The translations under genes were made by a program, and so were the position numbers. 62,013 bases of DNA from Octopus bimaculoides (taxonomy: Eukaryota): positions 60,371,975 through 60,433,987 of the forward strand of contig NC_068986.1 in assembly GCF_001194135.2 (NCBI RefSeq). Direction: 5' to 3'. Each line of letters begins with the position of its first letter. The first letter of the stretch is position 1. The notes beneath the pieces were generated by a model that worked only from the letters and a program-made list of their open reading frames with translations, had not been told where the DNA came from and made no database searches. This document shows, piece by piece, positions 49,762 to 62,013 of this stretch.

Positions 49762-51959
49762 TAACCAACGTATTTCACAAGTTCAAAAACTTAGAAACCG
49801 ACCTAATTTTATTTAGCCCTGTGGAGGGTTCTTCATTGGGCCTTGGGCCCCAAAATGACACTTCATGCATTGAACACATATTAAATTTTATTAAACTTGA
49901 CCAATAGTTTTCAAGCAATGAACGATTTTCATCAAAACAATGATATAATTTGTTGACTTGAAACTCATTGCAAAGCTGCATGATAAACAACATTTTTTGT
50001 CTTCCCATTCAGGGGTCAGTACAAATTTTTTCGATCTAACTTCTTTCTTTCTCTCTCTGTTGATTGTTTCCAACCATCACCATCACCAGTACCACAACTG
50101 CCATACACTCCATTCAGACATCTGACGCCAGCACTATCAATACCTTTGACTTCACTGCCTTCCCCTCCACCACCATCACCACTGTCTTTCACATTGTTTA
50201 CTATCACCATTGTCCCTGACTGCTTCAGCTACCACCACCACCACCACCACCACCATCATCATCACACCATCGCCTCCGCCTCTATCACAACTACAGCTCA
50301 TACTATAACTATCACCCCATTACCATCACAACTGTCAATCTACTACCCTCTCTATGCCTACTATTACTCTCACCCCAATATGAGCAATAGTAGGAGTGTC
50401 AATGAATAATGAGAGAGGGAGTCAAAATGTGACACACTGACACACAAGAATTAGTTTTCACATTTATTATATCAGATGGCAATTTGTCGACTCCCTAAAT
50501 AAAATACTAGGCTAACCTTCAGGAGTCTAATTTCAGTGAAAAAAAAAAATTATATACAATCAGCAATTAAGATTCTAGCAGAACACAAGTGAAATAATAT
50601 GGAAGTGTCTTGTCAACCTAACACAAAAACAAATGTAGAAGTCTCTATTTGGTCATTTGAACTACAAAAAAAAAACAGAAGTTTTCTTCAAATGACACCA
50701 TACAGTCATAAAAAAGATGGAGTCAAATTGACTTCAATGGTTATTCACATGAAGTAGAAATGAATTAGAAGTTAAGGTTATTATGCTTGGATAAATTGCA
50801 TTTTAGTAGTTGCACACCAACAGAGCTTTCAAACAATGACTTTAAATCTGAAAGAAGTAATTAAAGGATAGACATCACAGAGGATTTTTTCTCCTTTTAA
50901 AATTATTTAGTTGGAGAAACAGGGATGGTGTCCTTGATCCTTGAAGGATCCCAGAGGTCACTGAAGTTAAACTTCAATGGGTTGGTATTGGTAGGGATTT
51001 CAAAAGGTAGAGTTAAGGAAAGAAACAGGGGAAGCATAAAAGAAGTGGCCAGTACATTGGGTGGGATTTGAGAAGTGCCAACTCCACAGTTTGCAAATTC
51101 AGAGGAGTTAGCCAACAGAGTAGCAGAGAAGCAAATAGAGAAGAAACAGAGGGCTAGTAACTGCAGTATATCAGCAGGTGAACATTTGTTAATCAGTTAA
51201 ATAATCTTTTTATCAAATGGGCCTAAGTTTTGAGACAGAATCTATAAAAGATCTGTAGAAAAATTGGAGATCAGAAATGAAATTAACTAAAGATTGTGGG
51301 AAGAATTAAAATCTTTTAGGAAGGTTCTTATGTAGGAACAATAGAGAAAATATAGAGTTATATAACCAGAATAATTTCAAGTATTAACGTTTTAAGTGTA
51401 CTGAATACAGATGTTTTGCAAACAACTTGCACATGTAAGTGCTACCAGTCAAGAACTCTGCATACCAGACGCCAGCAAGTGTATGGGGTCATCAAATGAA
51501 GCTCTCTTCTCTCTGCTTCCCTCGTTTTGATGCTGTTGCTAACAACATAATAACCATAAACAAAAAGTCCATGAAAAGCAGTGATGATTCCTGAAGTTAG
51601 AAGACAACTTGCATCACTTACCTGCTTACTTATGATGGTATCATTATCTAAATGAGTAAAAACTAGATACTGAGCTTCAGTTTTGCCAGATAAAGGAAAT
51701 TCTCCAAAGCAGAAAGAAAAAAAATGGGCATGCTGTATATGTCAGAGGCCTACATATTGTAAAGCAAAGTAGTGAGATATACACAGCAATGAAGAGAGAA
51801 GATTCCTAATAGTAGGAAGAGATTAATTTTAAGAATTATTAGATATATTATGAAAGTAAATGAAAACAGTAAGTGTTTTCGTTTACAAGTACTTGAAAAA
51901 CCATCAAATACAATTAAACAATATGTTATAAAAATGTGTTAGAGAAAGCTTCTGGTTCA

Positions 51960-53150
51960 TCAAGAATCATTGGTCCCTAAGGAAGCTGTGTGTAGACAAA
52001 TGGCTTGTGAGAGTCATACAAGCTATGTACAGAGATGCTGTCAGTAAGATGAGAGTTAATAAGGAGTACAGCAATGAATTTAATGTATGAAACTCAGTTC
52101 TTAGTCCCCTCCTATTCATCATCGTTCTCCAGACCATAACAAAAGAATTTAAGATTGGATGCCTCTAGGAGCTACTATATGCTGATGACCTTATTTTTAT
52201 TGTAGAATCTGTAGTAGATTCAGAAATGAAATCCAAGATGTGAAAGTAAAACCTGGAATCAAAGAGCATTAAAGTTAACTTAACAAACCCAAAATTCTAG
52301 TTAGGAAAACAAACAGAAAAATCTGTAGACACATGTAATAAACAGACAGGATTCTAATCCCATCATGAAAATGCCCTACTTAATATGTAGGAAAGATGTA
52401 GTTAGAAATTCTATAATGTGTACTCAGACAAACTATGGAGACACAAGAGATGCAGTGGGATCACAGGAAGGTTAAAGGATAAAGCAGACTTTGTATGTGG
52501 CAGATGTGCAGGAGCAATAAATACTAAGAACACACAGAAAATAGATTTTCTGAAATACCCAGGAGGTTCCCTAAAGGTAGTAAATAGTTTCTGTTACTTA
52601 GGTGACCTAAGTGGTATTGAGGATGATGTTCATAAAGTATAGTTGCTACAATAAGAAAAGGATGGAGAAAGTTCAGAGAGCTATTACCTCTGTAAGTGAC
52701 AAAAGGTTTTCTGTTAAGAGTGAAAGATTGTATGATGTTTATATACAAACAGCAATGCTACAAGGTAGTGAAAGTTGGCCTTGAATGCAGAGGACATGCA
52801 AAGACTAGAAAGAAATGAAGCTAATATGATCTGTTTGATGAGCAATGTAAATGTTCATGTAGTCCAAAGTGCAAATGTGTTGAGAGAAAAATTGGACATA
52901 AGCAGAACCAGATGTAATGTGCAAGAGGGGAGAGTGTGCTGATATAACTATGTGATTCATATGGATGAGAACAGTTGTATAAATGAGTATTAATCACTAA
53001 ATGTAATGGAACTTGTAAAACAAAGGAGACCCAGGAAGGCATGGGATGCGCAGTGAAAACTGATCTCATGATGTTAAGCCACGTGGAGGAGATGACAAAG
53101 GATTGGGATGACTAACAATTCACTATGCTCAAGAAAACCTATCCATCTCA
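51960..53150 (+). mobile_element. RTE-clade LINE RT fragment in a translin intron (antisense to the gene)
   Basis: SVLSPLLFIIVLQ..LLYADDL, VVNSFCYLGD, RKGWRKFRELLPL and GRPRK-like codons near 53020. Confidence 0.85.
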
Positions 53151-54009
53151 ATAAAAATTAGGTCCTAAAAGCAGTATGTTTATGTCTGAGCCCTGTCACT
53201 GCACCCAAACTGTTCTCAACAAGCTTTCTGTACCTCTCATCTACCTTCAACCTATCCCTCCACTCTTCTAACTACAGCGCTATACAGCTCCTATAACCAT
53301 GAGTAGAATACGCACACATTTCACCCACCTTTGTACTAGCAGTTACCTCCCCTGCCCGTGAAACCACTTCCGTTTCAAATCAATCCCACATTTTTAACAT
53401 CATCCCTTCCCACTTTATTTTCCACCAATCTCCCTTTTCTATGCTTCCAGGATTCATCTTAGAACTGCCATTACCTTATTGTTAACACCATCTCTTATCT
53501 GTTATCAATCTCATCACCCTGGTATATCTGTCATTGACAACCACTTTTCCTCCTACCTTTGTCCACCACTTTAGCCACCCCTACATACCTGTGACATCCA
53601 TCTACCAGTATACATTTCTCCCCACTCACTCCTACTCTCCCACACCACACATCATTTACACATTTTCTGATCTACTTACAGATCTATTATACTGTTGCTC
53701 TCACCTTCTTTCAACTAATTTGATATTTATCAGCAACCACACTTTCACTCACCTCAACATCCAACTCTAGCCATCTGTCACTCACCTCTTACATTCCAAT
53801 GAACTTATCCATCCATCATTCCCAATCCTTATACCAACCTTCTTGTATCTTGAGAGTATGTGCTGACATCTCATCTTAACCATTATTATCTTCTTTCCAG
53901 TTACATCTATACATTCTTATATACTGCCATGTATTAACTTCTCAATACCTAGCATAATGCCACCCCTAACCCTAATATAACCCCAAGGTCTTTTCTTTGT
54001 CCTACAAGT

Positions 54010-54228
54010 CACAAGGTGACCTCACTAGTGCTGGTATCAAAAAAAGCACACAGTACATTCTGGAAAGTTGTTAGCATTATGAATGGCATCCAGCCACAGT
54101 AGCCATGCCAAAACAGACACTGGAGCTCAACATAGTCCTCTGGTTTACTGGATCCTGTCAAGATATCCAACCTATGCCAGCATGGAAGACAGACATTAAA
54201 TAATGATGATGACGATGATGATGATGAT
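54010..54228 (-). mobile_element. SINE-like repeat (third family) with (GAT)n tail
   Basis: ccaac(c/t)atgccagcatgga..acagacattaaataatgatgat is the reverse complement of 61700-61750. Confidence 0.7.
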
Positions 54229-54250
54229 TCTAACAGGATTTATCACTTAC

Positions 54251-54330
54251 AAGTTCTGTTGCCAATTGTAAAAGGCCCATAAGGAAATCTTCAAGATCCA
54301 AGTGAAAACCATGTTTTCTATCCACTCTTA
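54251..54330 (-). CDS. TSN: Translin internal exon (80 nt)
   Basis: Acceptor ttttgtgcttttAG and donor GTAAGT. Encodes (L)RVDRKHGFHLDLEDFLMGLLQLATEL, matching translin GFHLDVEDYLSGVLILASEL. Phase 1 start fits the preceding exon. Confidence 0.95.
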
Positions 54331-55129
54331 CTAAAAGCACAAAATAAAAAGGGAAAAATTACTAATAGTCTTCAGATAAAATAACATTTTCTTTAACAAC
54401 CATTTCAAAGCAAAACATGACATAAACCTTGTAAAAAAAAACATTGCAACTCAATCATCAACATTTTTATGGTTTTAGATTTTGTACTCATTTACAACAT
54501 ATATTCCTGTGAAAATGGCCTTCTTACGACATATACACTTATGATAACAGCTTTCTTTAGTTTCCTATGCAATTTATGTGTTCTAGATCTCCTGTATTAT
54601 ACCAGCCTCTTTTACTGTAAGTTGAAGCAGACTGGCAAAGTCAATAAGTTATTGAACATAACCAACTGCTATATTATGACTTCAAAGCAACTACAGATTA
54701 TTTGTTTCAGGAAATGATGCATTTACTTTAAATGGCTTTGGTCATTGGACTGACACTGCCACCAACATGTTTTTTTCTTTTTTTTTTTGTCCATTATACT
54801 GAATGCAATACTTCATCTGAAACTCCATTTATCCGTTCCCTCAGAAACAAACGGCAAGGGTAACCTTATTGTAAAGGGAGGTAACTCGTGCAGCAGTAAC
54901 CATCACCAGATATATTTTTACTTGTCAGATTTTTGTTTAATGCCACCCTCTCTTTCTCTCACACATACACACACAGGTGAATTGGCAGAATCGTTAGAGC
55001 ATTGGATAGAACGCCTTGCCTATCAACTTTACATTTCATCAATAGATAATGAGTCTGGTGCTGGATCAATTCTCTCTCCTCACCTTCTCTCTCTCTCTCC
55101 CTCTCTCTCTATATATATGCACATGAATG

Positions 55130-55480
55130 GTTATACCAACCACATTGTTCTGGGTTCGGTACCACTGTGTGACACTTTGGGTAAGTGTCTTCTACTATAC
55201 CCACGGGCCGACCAAAGCCTTATGAGTGGATTTGGTAGACAGAAACTGAAAGAAGCCCGTTGTGTGTGTGTGTGTGTGTGCATCTGTGTCTGTGTTTGTC
55301 CCCACCAACATCGCTTGGCAACCATGTGTTTACATCCCCTCAACCTAGCAGTTCAGCAAAACACACCGACAGAATAGGTACTAGGCTTACAAAGAATAAG
55401 TCTTGGGGTCAATTTTCTCAACTAAAGGCGGTGCTCCAGCATGGCCACAGTCAAATGACTGAAACAAGTAAAAGAATAAA
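55130..55480 (-). mobile_element. Composite SINE (second family), inverted relative to 60885-61250
   Basis: Blocks are reverse complements of 61100-61250 and 60885-61010. Confidence 0.85.
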
Positions 55481-55494
55481 AGAAAATATATATG

Positions 55495-55530
<36 letters not shown>

Positions 55531-56789
55531 TGATGGATTTTTCACACAGCTTCCATTTGCTGAATTTTAGTTAATGTATTGGTTAACCGAAAGCTATAGT
55601 AGAGGACATTTGATCAAGTGCTATGCAGCAGGATGGAAACTAGAACTCTATAGTTGTAAAGTAAAATTCTTAACCACACAGCAGCACCTGCACTCTTTTT
55701 AAGCACTCAACCATACCTGTGCTTTTCTTAATCACATAGCCAACACTCTTTTTAAGCACAGATCTAGTTGCACTTAACTGATAGAAATAGTGACCAAATC
55801 TTTTAATATCATTCTTAAGATTTGTGCCTAGTAGGAAAAGTGAAGAAAACCATCCAAATGTACCATTCTTTAGAAAATACTATTAGACTTAGTTTCGGAT
55901 CACCATGAAGAGTCTTCAATATATCATCTTCATTTGAATGCCTGTTTTTTACCATGTTTGGACAAACAGAAAATATAATGTTGTTTAACTCCAGATGACT
56001 CTGACTGAGCAGGTCTATTGATTAGACTTTTTCCAGCATGGGGTAATGCAGTGTTTTCCAAGATAATGAGTCCAAACGACTACACAGACTCCCTATAAAC
56101 AGAAAATGTGAGAGATAGAAATAATGTACAAATATATAATTCATACCATGAATATACATGTATATAAATACACTTTCTCTTGACTTATGATCTATGCAAC
56201 TTACAACCATCTGCACTTGCGACCACAAAAAAGGAATAAAAAAATACACAAATAAAATAGATTTTCTGGGCAGCTGCACGTATGATAACTATGGCAGCAT
56301 CTGCCAATGCAGGCCTCCCCCAGACCCAGGCATCCACTGCCTGCCACTGTCTCTCAGTCACTTTCAAGCATTTTGCATGAATGAAAATAATGTTGAAAAA
56401 TATAAATCCGACATATGACCAGATCAACTTACAACCTGTCAGTTGGAATGGAACTTGGTCGTAAGTCGAGGAGAAGGTGTATATATATTTTAGTAACAAT
56501 TTGGTTTGGCTCCATGCAACTTAAAGTTTCATAGGCTTGTAAAACAAGCCTAAGAAACTTTCAGTTGCATGGACGTGAATCATACTGTTATTAAATAATA
56601 TATGTAATTCCTATCAAATGTGTTGTATCCCACTTTCATTTGTCCACTCATATATAGTAGTGAAGGACGACCTCAGAATGCTGAACCTTTCAGATGAGAT
56701 AACAAGAGATCAAGATACCTGGCACATTGCTATACTCAAGAAGACCCATCCTTCACAGTAGAAGTGTTAAGGCCACATCCTCTGGTGAA

Positions 56790-57040
56790 GAAGATTGGCC
56801 TGCAAGAGTCCTGTGCTAGTGCAATGTAAAAAGCAGTGCCACATAAGGGGCACTTATGCCAATGTCACGTTAAAAGCACCCTACACACACTATTAAGTGG
56901 TTGGCATTAGGAAGGGCATCCAGCTATAGAAACCAAGCCAAATCAGACTGGAACCTGGTGTAGCTCTCCACCTTGCCAGCTCCAGTCAAACCATCCAACT
57001 CATGCCAGCATGGAAAACGGACGTTAAAGGATGATGATGA
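56790..57040 (-). mobile_element. SINE-like repeat (third family)
   Basis: ttaggaagggcatccagcta.agaaac..ccaaatcagactgga.cctggtg..ccatccaactcatgccagcatggaaaacggacgttaaa(gat)n is the reverse complement of 61700-61850. Confidence 0.82.
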
Positions 57041-57540
57041 TTATATATACACAAAAACAAACACACATACACAAGGTGTGTGTATTGTTAGTTCATGTGC
57101 TGGCTGCGTTTTAGGCATAAGAGAATATATTCTCAATGCGCTTGGTGTTAAAAACACATGCAAGTAAGTCATAGGCAAGCAAGACAACTCACATCAGGTC
57201 CCTTTCCAGAGTGACAGACATTGACGTTTCATCACTGTTGTGACTTTTCAATGCCACATACCAAACATGGTCTGCTGCAAGCTATATCACTGACTATGAC
57301 TATATGCTAAATGGTTTAAAAACCATCTAGTGGCACTACCAATGTTTCATGCCACGGAAATAATTCAAATACAAATTAGAAGCAGCTCATGGCATATAAA
57401 CAAAGATGATGATGATACACAAGGTGTGTGGGTGTTGTTAGATCATTGGTTGGCTGCACTTTAGGTGTAAGAGAATCCATTCACAATGCACCTGGAGTTA
57501 AAAATAACTGAAAGTAAGTTATATGCATAATAAGTCATAG
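57030..57540. repeat. ~130-bp diverged direct repeat (~57070-57175 and ~57415-57540)
   Basis: acacaaggtgtgtg..tgttag.tcat..tggctgc..ttagg..taagagaat..att..caatgc..tgg.gttaaaaa occurs twice. Confidence 0.8.
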
Positions 57541-57780
57541 CATATGTAGATACTCAAGCACACACACACACACAGAGATCACTTTGTGTTTTTAATAAGA
57601 TGCCTTCACTTTATCCAAGATCTTTAACAATTCCTGGTACTTCTTTACCATCACCCTTACCTATCCTCATTAAATTCCTGTGAAGTTTGGAAAAATTGTT
57701 GTGCTTACAAACTGTAGCTACCGACCAAGTAAATATTGAATTTATGCAAGTCAAAAGAAAAATCAGAAGAAACAACTTAC

Positions 57781-57896
57781 ACCCTAACATCTCAGCAGTG
57801 TCTTCATAACATATTAAACCATGATATTGAAGGTAGAATAAAAATGCAGCCAAGAATGAAAGCCTTTGTGTGACGAATCTCCAATGATCATGGAAT
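57781..57896 (-). CDS. TSN: Translin internal exon (116 nt)
   Basis: Acceptor tttttgttttAG and donor GTAAGT. Encodes (R)FHDHWRFVTQRLSFLAAFLFYLQYHGLICYEDTAEMLG, matching translin RFHEHWRFVLQRLVFLAAF..YL..EILG. Confidence 0.95.
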
Positions 57897-58994
57897 CTAA
57901 AACAAAAATGAAACATTTTAATATATTAAATTATCTTCAATTTTATAACAAAATTTTATCACATTTTGACTTGCCCTTAAATCCTATTCACACACACACA
58001 CTAATGTATTTTGCTATTAGCTAAGTTTGAACTATTTAACAATGTATAATTTTAAAATAGATGGAAAGGTATTTGAAGTGCATGACTAGCCATATGATAT
58101 AGTATTATATGACAAACTTCATTCAGTTGGAATATAACAGAGGAGTGAAATAACTTTTAGAACATTTTATCAAACAATTTCATTGAAACAAACATGTGTG
58201 TCTCTGGTGGCTCAGTATACTTTGCTTCATGTAATTCTTTACAACTCTGCAGGATGCACATACATCATATAGAGAGATTATGCAAACCAAGTTGCAGCTT
58301 GTGAGGAAATTAGCCAATGAATCAATAATAATTATATCCAACTTTTGAAGAAACAGAAGTAATGCACTCAAAACTGAGATGAAGCTACACAAATTTCAGT
58401 TCCCATAGCTCTTTCATGACCACTTCCCCAATAAAACAAACTGACTTAAATGTTCCAATTGATTCTGAAAGTAATCACTTGGGGACTAAGTAAAATAATT
58501 AACTTTGCCATTATCAGACTAGTGGATTAGTTTACACTGGTGCATAACTAGCAGAAATGAAAACAAACTGTAAGTGATGTAATATATATTGCATTAATAA
58601 GGTGTGTTTATCTATTGTTGAGTGTATAAAAGTGAACACTTTTGCTTCAGATATAAAACCAATCTGTCTTATGTTCTTTAATAACAATTCAGCTATTGCT
58701 TGTATCACAACAAAAAGAAATGACTTTAACAGTTGAAAGACTTGAGTTGTCTTTCTTTGTTTTTTTCTGAGCGATTCTAATTTACTGCTTCTATCTTCTT
58801 AATCTATGTTTCAAACTATGACATTTTGCCTTGATACTTCTGGCATGAATGTTATAGGCTGTTGATTACTACTACTAATTGGTACAGTAACAAATTAGAG
58901 TTGTTTGCAAAACTTCTTGGTGTCATTGATGATACATCGGCAAGTCATCTCAAAAATTTCAATATCTGACCAATGCACGTATGTATGTGTGCGT

Positions 58995-59033
<39 letters not shown>

Positions 59034-59065
59034 AATAAAAGAATAAAAGTATAAAAGGCAAAAAC

Positions 59066-59278
59066 AATCCTTTTTTTCTATAGGCACAAGACCTGAAATT
59101 TGGTGGGAGGGGGATAGTCAATCACATCAACTCCAGTACTTGACTGGTACTTAATTTATCGACCCCAAAAGGATTAAAGGCAAAGTTGACCTCAGTGGAA
59201 GTTGAACCCAAAATGTAGCTGCAGACAAAATATCGCTAAGCATTTTGCCCAGCATGCTAACAATTCTGCCAGCTCACC
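59066..59278 (-). mobile_element. tRNA-derived SINE (first family)
   Basis: Reverse complement of the SINE consensus. Confidence 0.85.
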
Positions 59279-59921
59279 AACTTCTTTCCCCTAATAATGA
59301 CTTCACTGAATATATCCACCAGCATAATCCTAAATGCAAGACCACACATGATAGATAATCCTGGAGAAAGAAACTAGAGGCCAGACAGATATCCACCTGA
59401 AACCTGAATAATACTGTCCCAAAATTACCTAATAAAATAGAATACACTTTTTCTATACACCCAACTTCTCCTTAGATTTACCTAAGCAGTTTTTTTAGCA
59501 TTATCAAGTCCAGTCTCTACCCCCATCCCCCACAGCATAAGTACCATTCAATCTTTAACTCATTCACTTTTAAATTAGAATACTCAACTACTTCCAGTAT
59601 TGAATCAATTAAAGCAACATTAAATAGACGCAAAATTAATAGATATAATTTGCACACTACAAAATAAGGATGATGATGATATGATAATAATACTTTCATC
59701 TATAATGCATGGGAGCTAGGGTGGGTCATACCAGCTAGCCTAATAGTATGATTGGTAATGAAAGCAATAGCTTCAGTAACTGTGAAAATAGTAACAATAC
59801 TAACAACAGTATTAACATATAACCAAGGGGTCATCACTTTAATGAAGGTAACACCAGTCTAGTGAAGGGGTCACTAGTATGGTGAGTTCACTATCTTCAT
59901 AGCTAATGTGTAGCTATAGCC

Positions 59922-61692
59922 CAGGGGTCACCAAACATTTTTCATAGTAGGCCAGATATAACTAAAAGAATGCCAAGCGTGGGCCAGATAAATATTTTGT
60001 TCAATTCAGTACAGTATAGAATACACTGAATGTACACAAAAAATAAAGACGGTCGTCCTACTTATTTATCAATACATAAAATACACAAAATAATAAAAAC
60101 AATAAACATTTTAATAATACCAAAATATTACCAAGTTAGAATTTTTAGAAAACGTGCACACATAGCTGAATTGCATAAAAAGTAAACAGCACAGAAGTTA
60201 ATGAAACTGGCATTTTGCTTGCAAAATATCAATGTTTGCTTTATGATTGCTGCAGCCAACCATAAGATGAACATCTGAAATGTTCATCAGTGAGCCTTGT
60301 TCGATGTATTGACTTCACACACTTCACTTTTGAAAAAGTTTGCTCACAAACATAAGTTGTTCCAAAAACTGATGCCATACCTGAGGCAAATATTTTTTCA
60401 ATTTTGAAAACTCATCAGGAGGCAAGCAGCGATAAAATTCAATGAGTTTTCCTTCTCTGTGCTTCTCTTTCAACAAGGTATTAGCTTGCAAGTCAATAAG
60501 CTCTAGTTCAGTTGGCATGTTATCAAAATAACAGCCAAAGGGATTGTCAAACAAAAGAATTTTATTCTCAATTCTGTCAAGCTCTGAAAATCTTTGAGAA
60601 AAATGCTTATTTAAGACCCGAATAATTTTTTTCTGAAACTCGAGGTTAACATGTTCCACATTTTCTGTGCAAAACTCTTGAAAACACTGAAAATGAGAGA
60701 AGTTTCCTCCTTCAAGTTGTGCTTCAAACAATGATAGACTTCCCCCGAAATGCTGTAATAATTCTGTAGAGATCACAGATAAGGTTATTCTTTCCTTGCA
60801 GTTTTAAGTTCAATTCATTCATATGAGAAGTGACGTCAACTAAAAATGACAAGTTTGATAACCATAACGGATCTGATAGCTCATTTACTCATTTCAGTCA
60901 TTTGACTGCGGCCATGTTGGAGCACCGCCTTTAGTCAAGAAAATCGACCCCAGGGCTTATTCTTTGTAAGCCTACTACTTATTCTATCGGTCACTTTTTG
61001 CCGAACTGCTAAGCTACAGGGACGTGCATCAATTGTCAAGCGATGGGAGGAGGGGCAAACACAGACACACAAACATATACACACACATACATATATACAA
61101 TGGGCTTCTTTCAGTTTCCGTCTACCAAATCCATTTACAAGGCTTTCGTCAGCCTGAGGCTATAGTAAAAGACACTTGCCCAAGGTGCCATGCAGTGGGA
61201 CTGAACCCGGAACTATGTGGTTGGTAAGCAAGCTACTTAGCACATAGCCATTCCTGTGCCTATACTGTGAATCAGCTCTATTCTTTTCAATGAGAAAAAA
61301 ATCTATTTCTCTTCAGAGCTTATAAAAACGGAGCAGGACTTTACCGCAACTGAATAATCTTATTTCTGTGTAGCAAGGCAAGTCACAGAAATTAGAATCC
61401 ATTTCTTCAAGGAAAGCCTGAAACTGTTGATGATTAAGCCCATGATTCCGAATAAAGTTCACCACAGTCGTAACAGGTTTTAGTACGCAAGAAATATCTA
61501 AGTGTTTTCTGCAGAGCACTTGCTGAAGTTAAAGCTCCTCCAACTTGGTCTGGATCCACCCTACCAAACCCTTCCTCACTCCTGCCATATTTTTTCCTCC
61601 ATTGACTGTAACACACCGAAGCCGATTCCACTGAAGGTTATAGTTTTGCAAAGTTTTTTGCACCTCTATGAAAATATCTTCTCCAGTTGTTC
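59922..61692 (-). mobile_element. hAT transposon (SPIN/Buster/GTF2IRD2-like), 3' half, interrupted by a SINE
   Basis: GTTGEDIF.EVQKTL, VVNFIRNHGLNHQQFQAFLEEM, ELIDLQAN and GTTYVCEQTFSK. TIR CAGGGGTCACCAAAC at 59922-59936 next to CTATAGCC (NNNTANNN). Confidence 0.9.
60885..61265 (+). mobile_element. Composite SINE (second family) inserted in the hAT element
   Basis: tcagtcatttgactgcggccatg.tggagcaccgcc ... gggcttctttcagtttccgtctaccaaatcc ... gtgggactgaacccggaac. Confidence 0.85.
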
Positions 61693-61694
61693 CA

Positions 61695-62013
61695 TCATCA
61701 TCATCATCATCATCATTTAATGTCCGCTTTCCATGCTAGCATGGGTTGGACGATTTGACTGAGGACTGGTGAAACCGGATGGCAACACCAGGCTCCAGTC
61801 TAATTTGGCAGAGTTTCTACAGCTGGATGCCCTTCCTAACGCCAACCACTCAGAGAGTGTAGTGGGTGCTTTTACGTGTCACCTGCACGAAAACGGCCAC
61901 GCTCGAAATGGTGTCTTTTATGTGCCACCCGCACAAGCCAGTCCAGGGGCACTGGCAACGATCTCGCTCGAAAATCCTACGGGAGCCAGTCAGGCGGTAC
62001 TGGCAACGGCCAC
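61695..62013 (+). mobile_element. SINE-like repeat (third family) starting with (CAT)n; runs off the window
   Basis: (cat)n ttaatgtccgctttccatgctagcatgggttggacg ... ctggatgcccttcctaacgccaacc. Confidence 0.82.

Noticed and set aside
49775-50010. Possible hAT-like fragment (GGGCCCC-type subterminal motif, short ORF)
   Set aside because: Too little recognisable similarity to call.
50903-51200. ~95-codon open stretch on the minus strand in a translin intron
   Set aside because: No recognisable domain and no convincing splice sites.
56194-56418. Cys-rich plus-strand ORF resembling an EGF repeat (GSCTYDNYGSICQC..GIHC)
   Set aside because: Cys spacing does not fit the EGF pattern and the splice context is weak.
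58180-58392. LDIIIIDSL Walker-B-like string; also tested as a translin upstream exon
   Set aside because: Isolated short match with no Walker A or family context, and no similarity to the expected translin exon.
59330-59430. GQYY and QDYLSCVV strings as candidate translin exons
   Set aside because: Wrong phase and length for the QYYR exon. The EDYL-type exon is already accounted for at 54251-54330.

Overview
AT-rich, microsatellite-rich eukaryotic DNA with seven N gaps, most likely from a cephalopod (Octopus-type SINE families; this is an inference). About 48 kb is a graveyard of decayed transposons: RTE LINEs, three Penelope-like elements (PLEs), a Gypsy LTR element, several Tx1/L1-like and R4/Dong-like LINEs, Tc1, hAT, MITEs and many SINEs. 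The only host gene I can support is translin (TSN) on the minus strand. Two internal exons (57781-57896, 54251-54330) and the tail of the last exon (49085-49157) are visible, the rest of the last exon falls in an N gap, and the upstream exons were not found. The most interesting signals are: (i) a PLE flanked by ~230-bp inverted pseudo-LTRs, each carrying a minimal type-I hammerhead ribozyme core on opposite strands; (ii) a ~200-bp near-perfect palindrome whose arms hold a degenerate hammerhead with the same GAAA-GCGC-UA signature; (iii) inverted SINE pairs bracketing a translin exon; (iv) a cluster of R4/Dong-like elements at (TAA)n tracts. All calls come from manual reading and motif recognition; no database searches were run.
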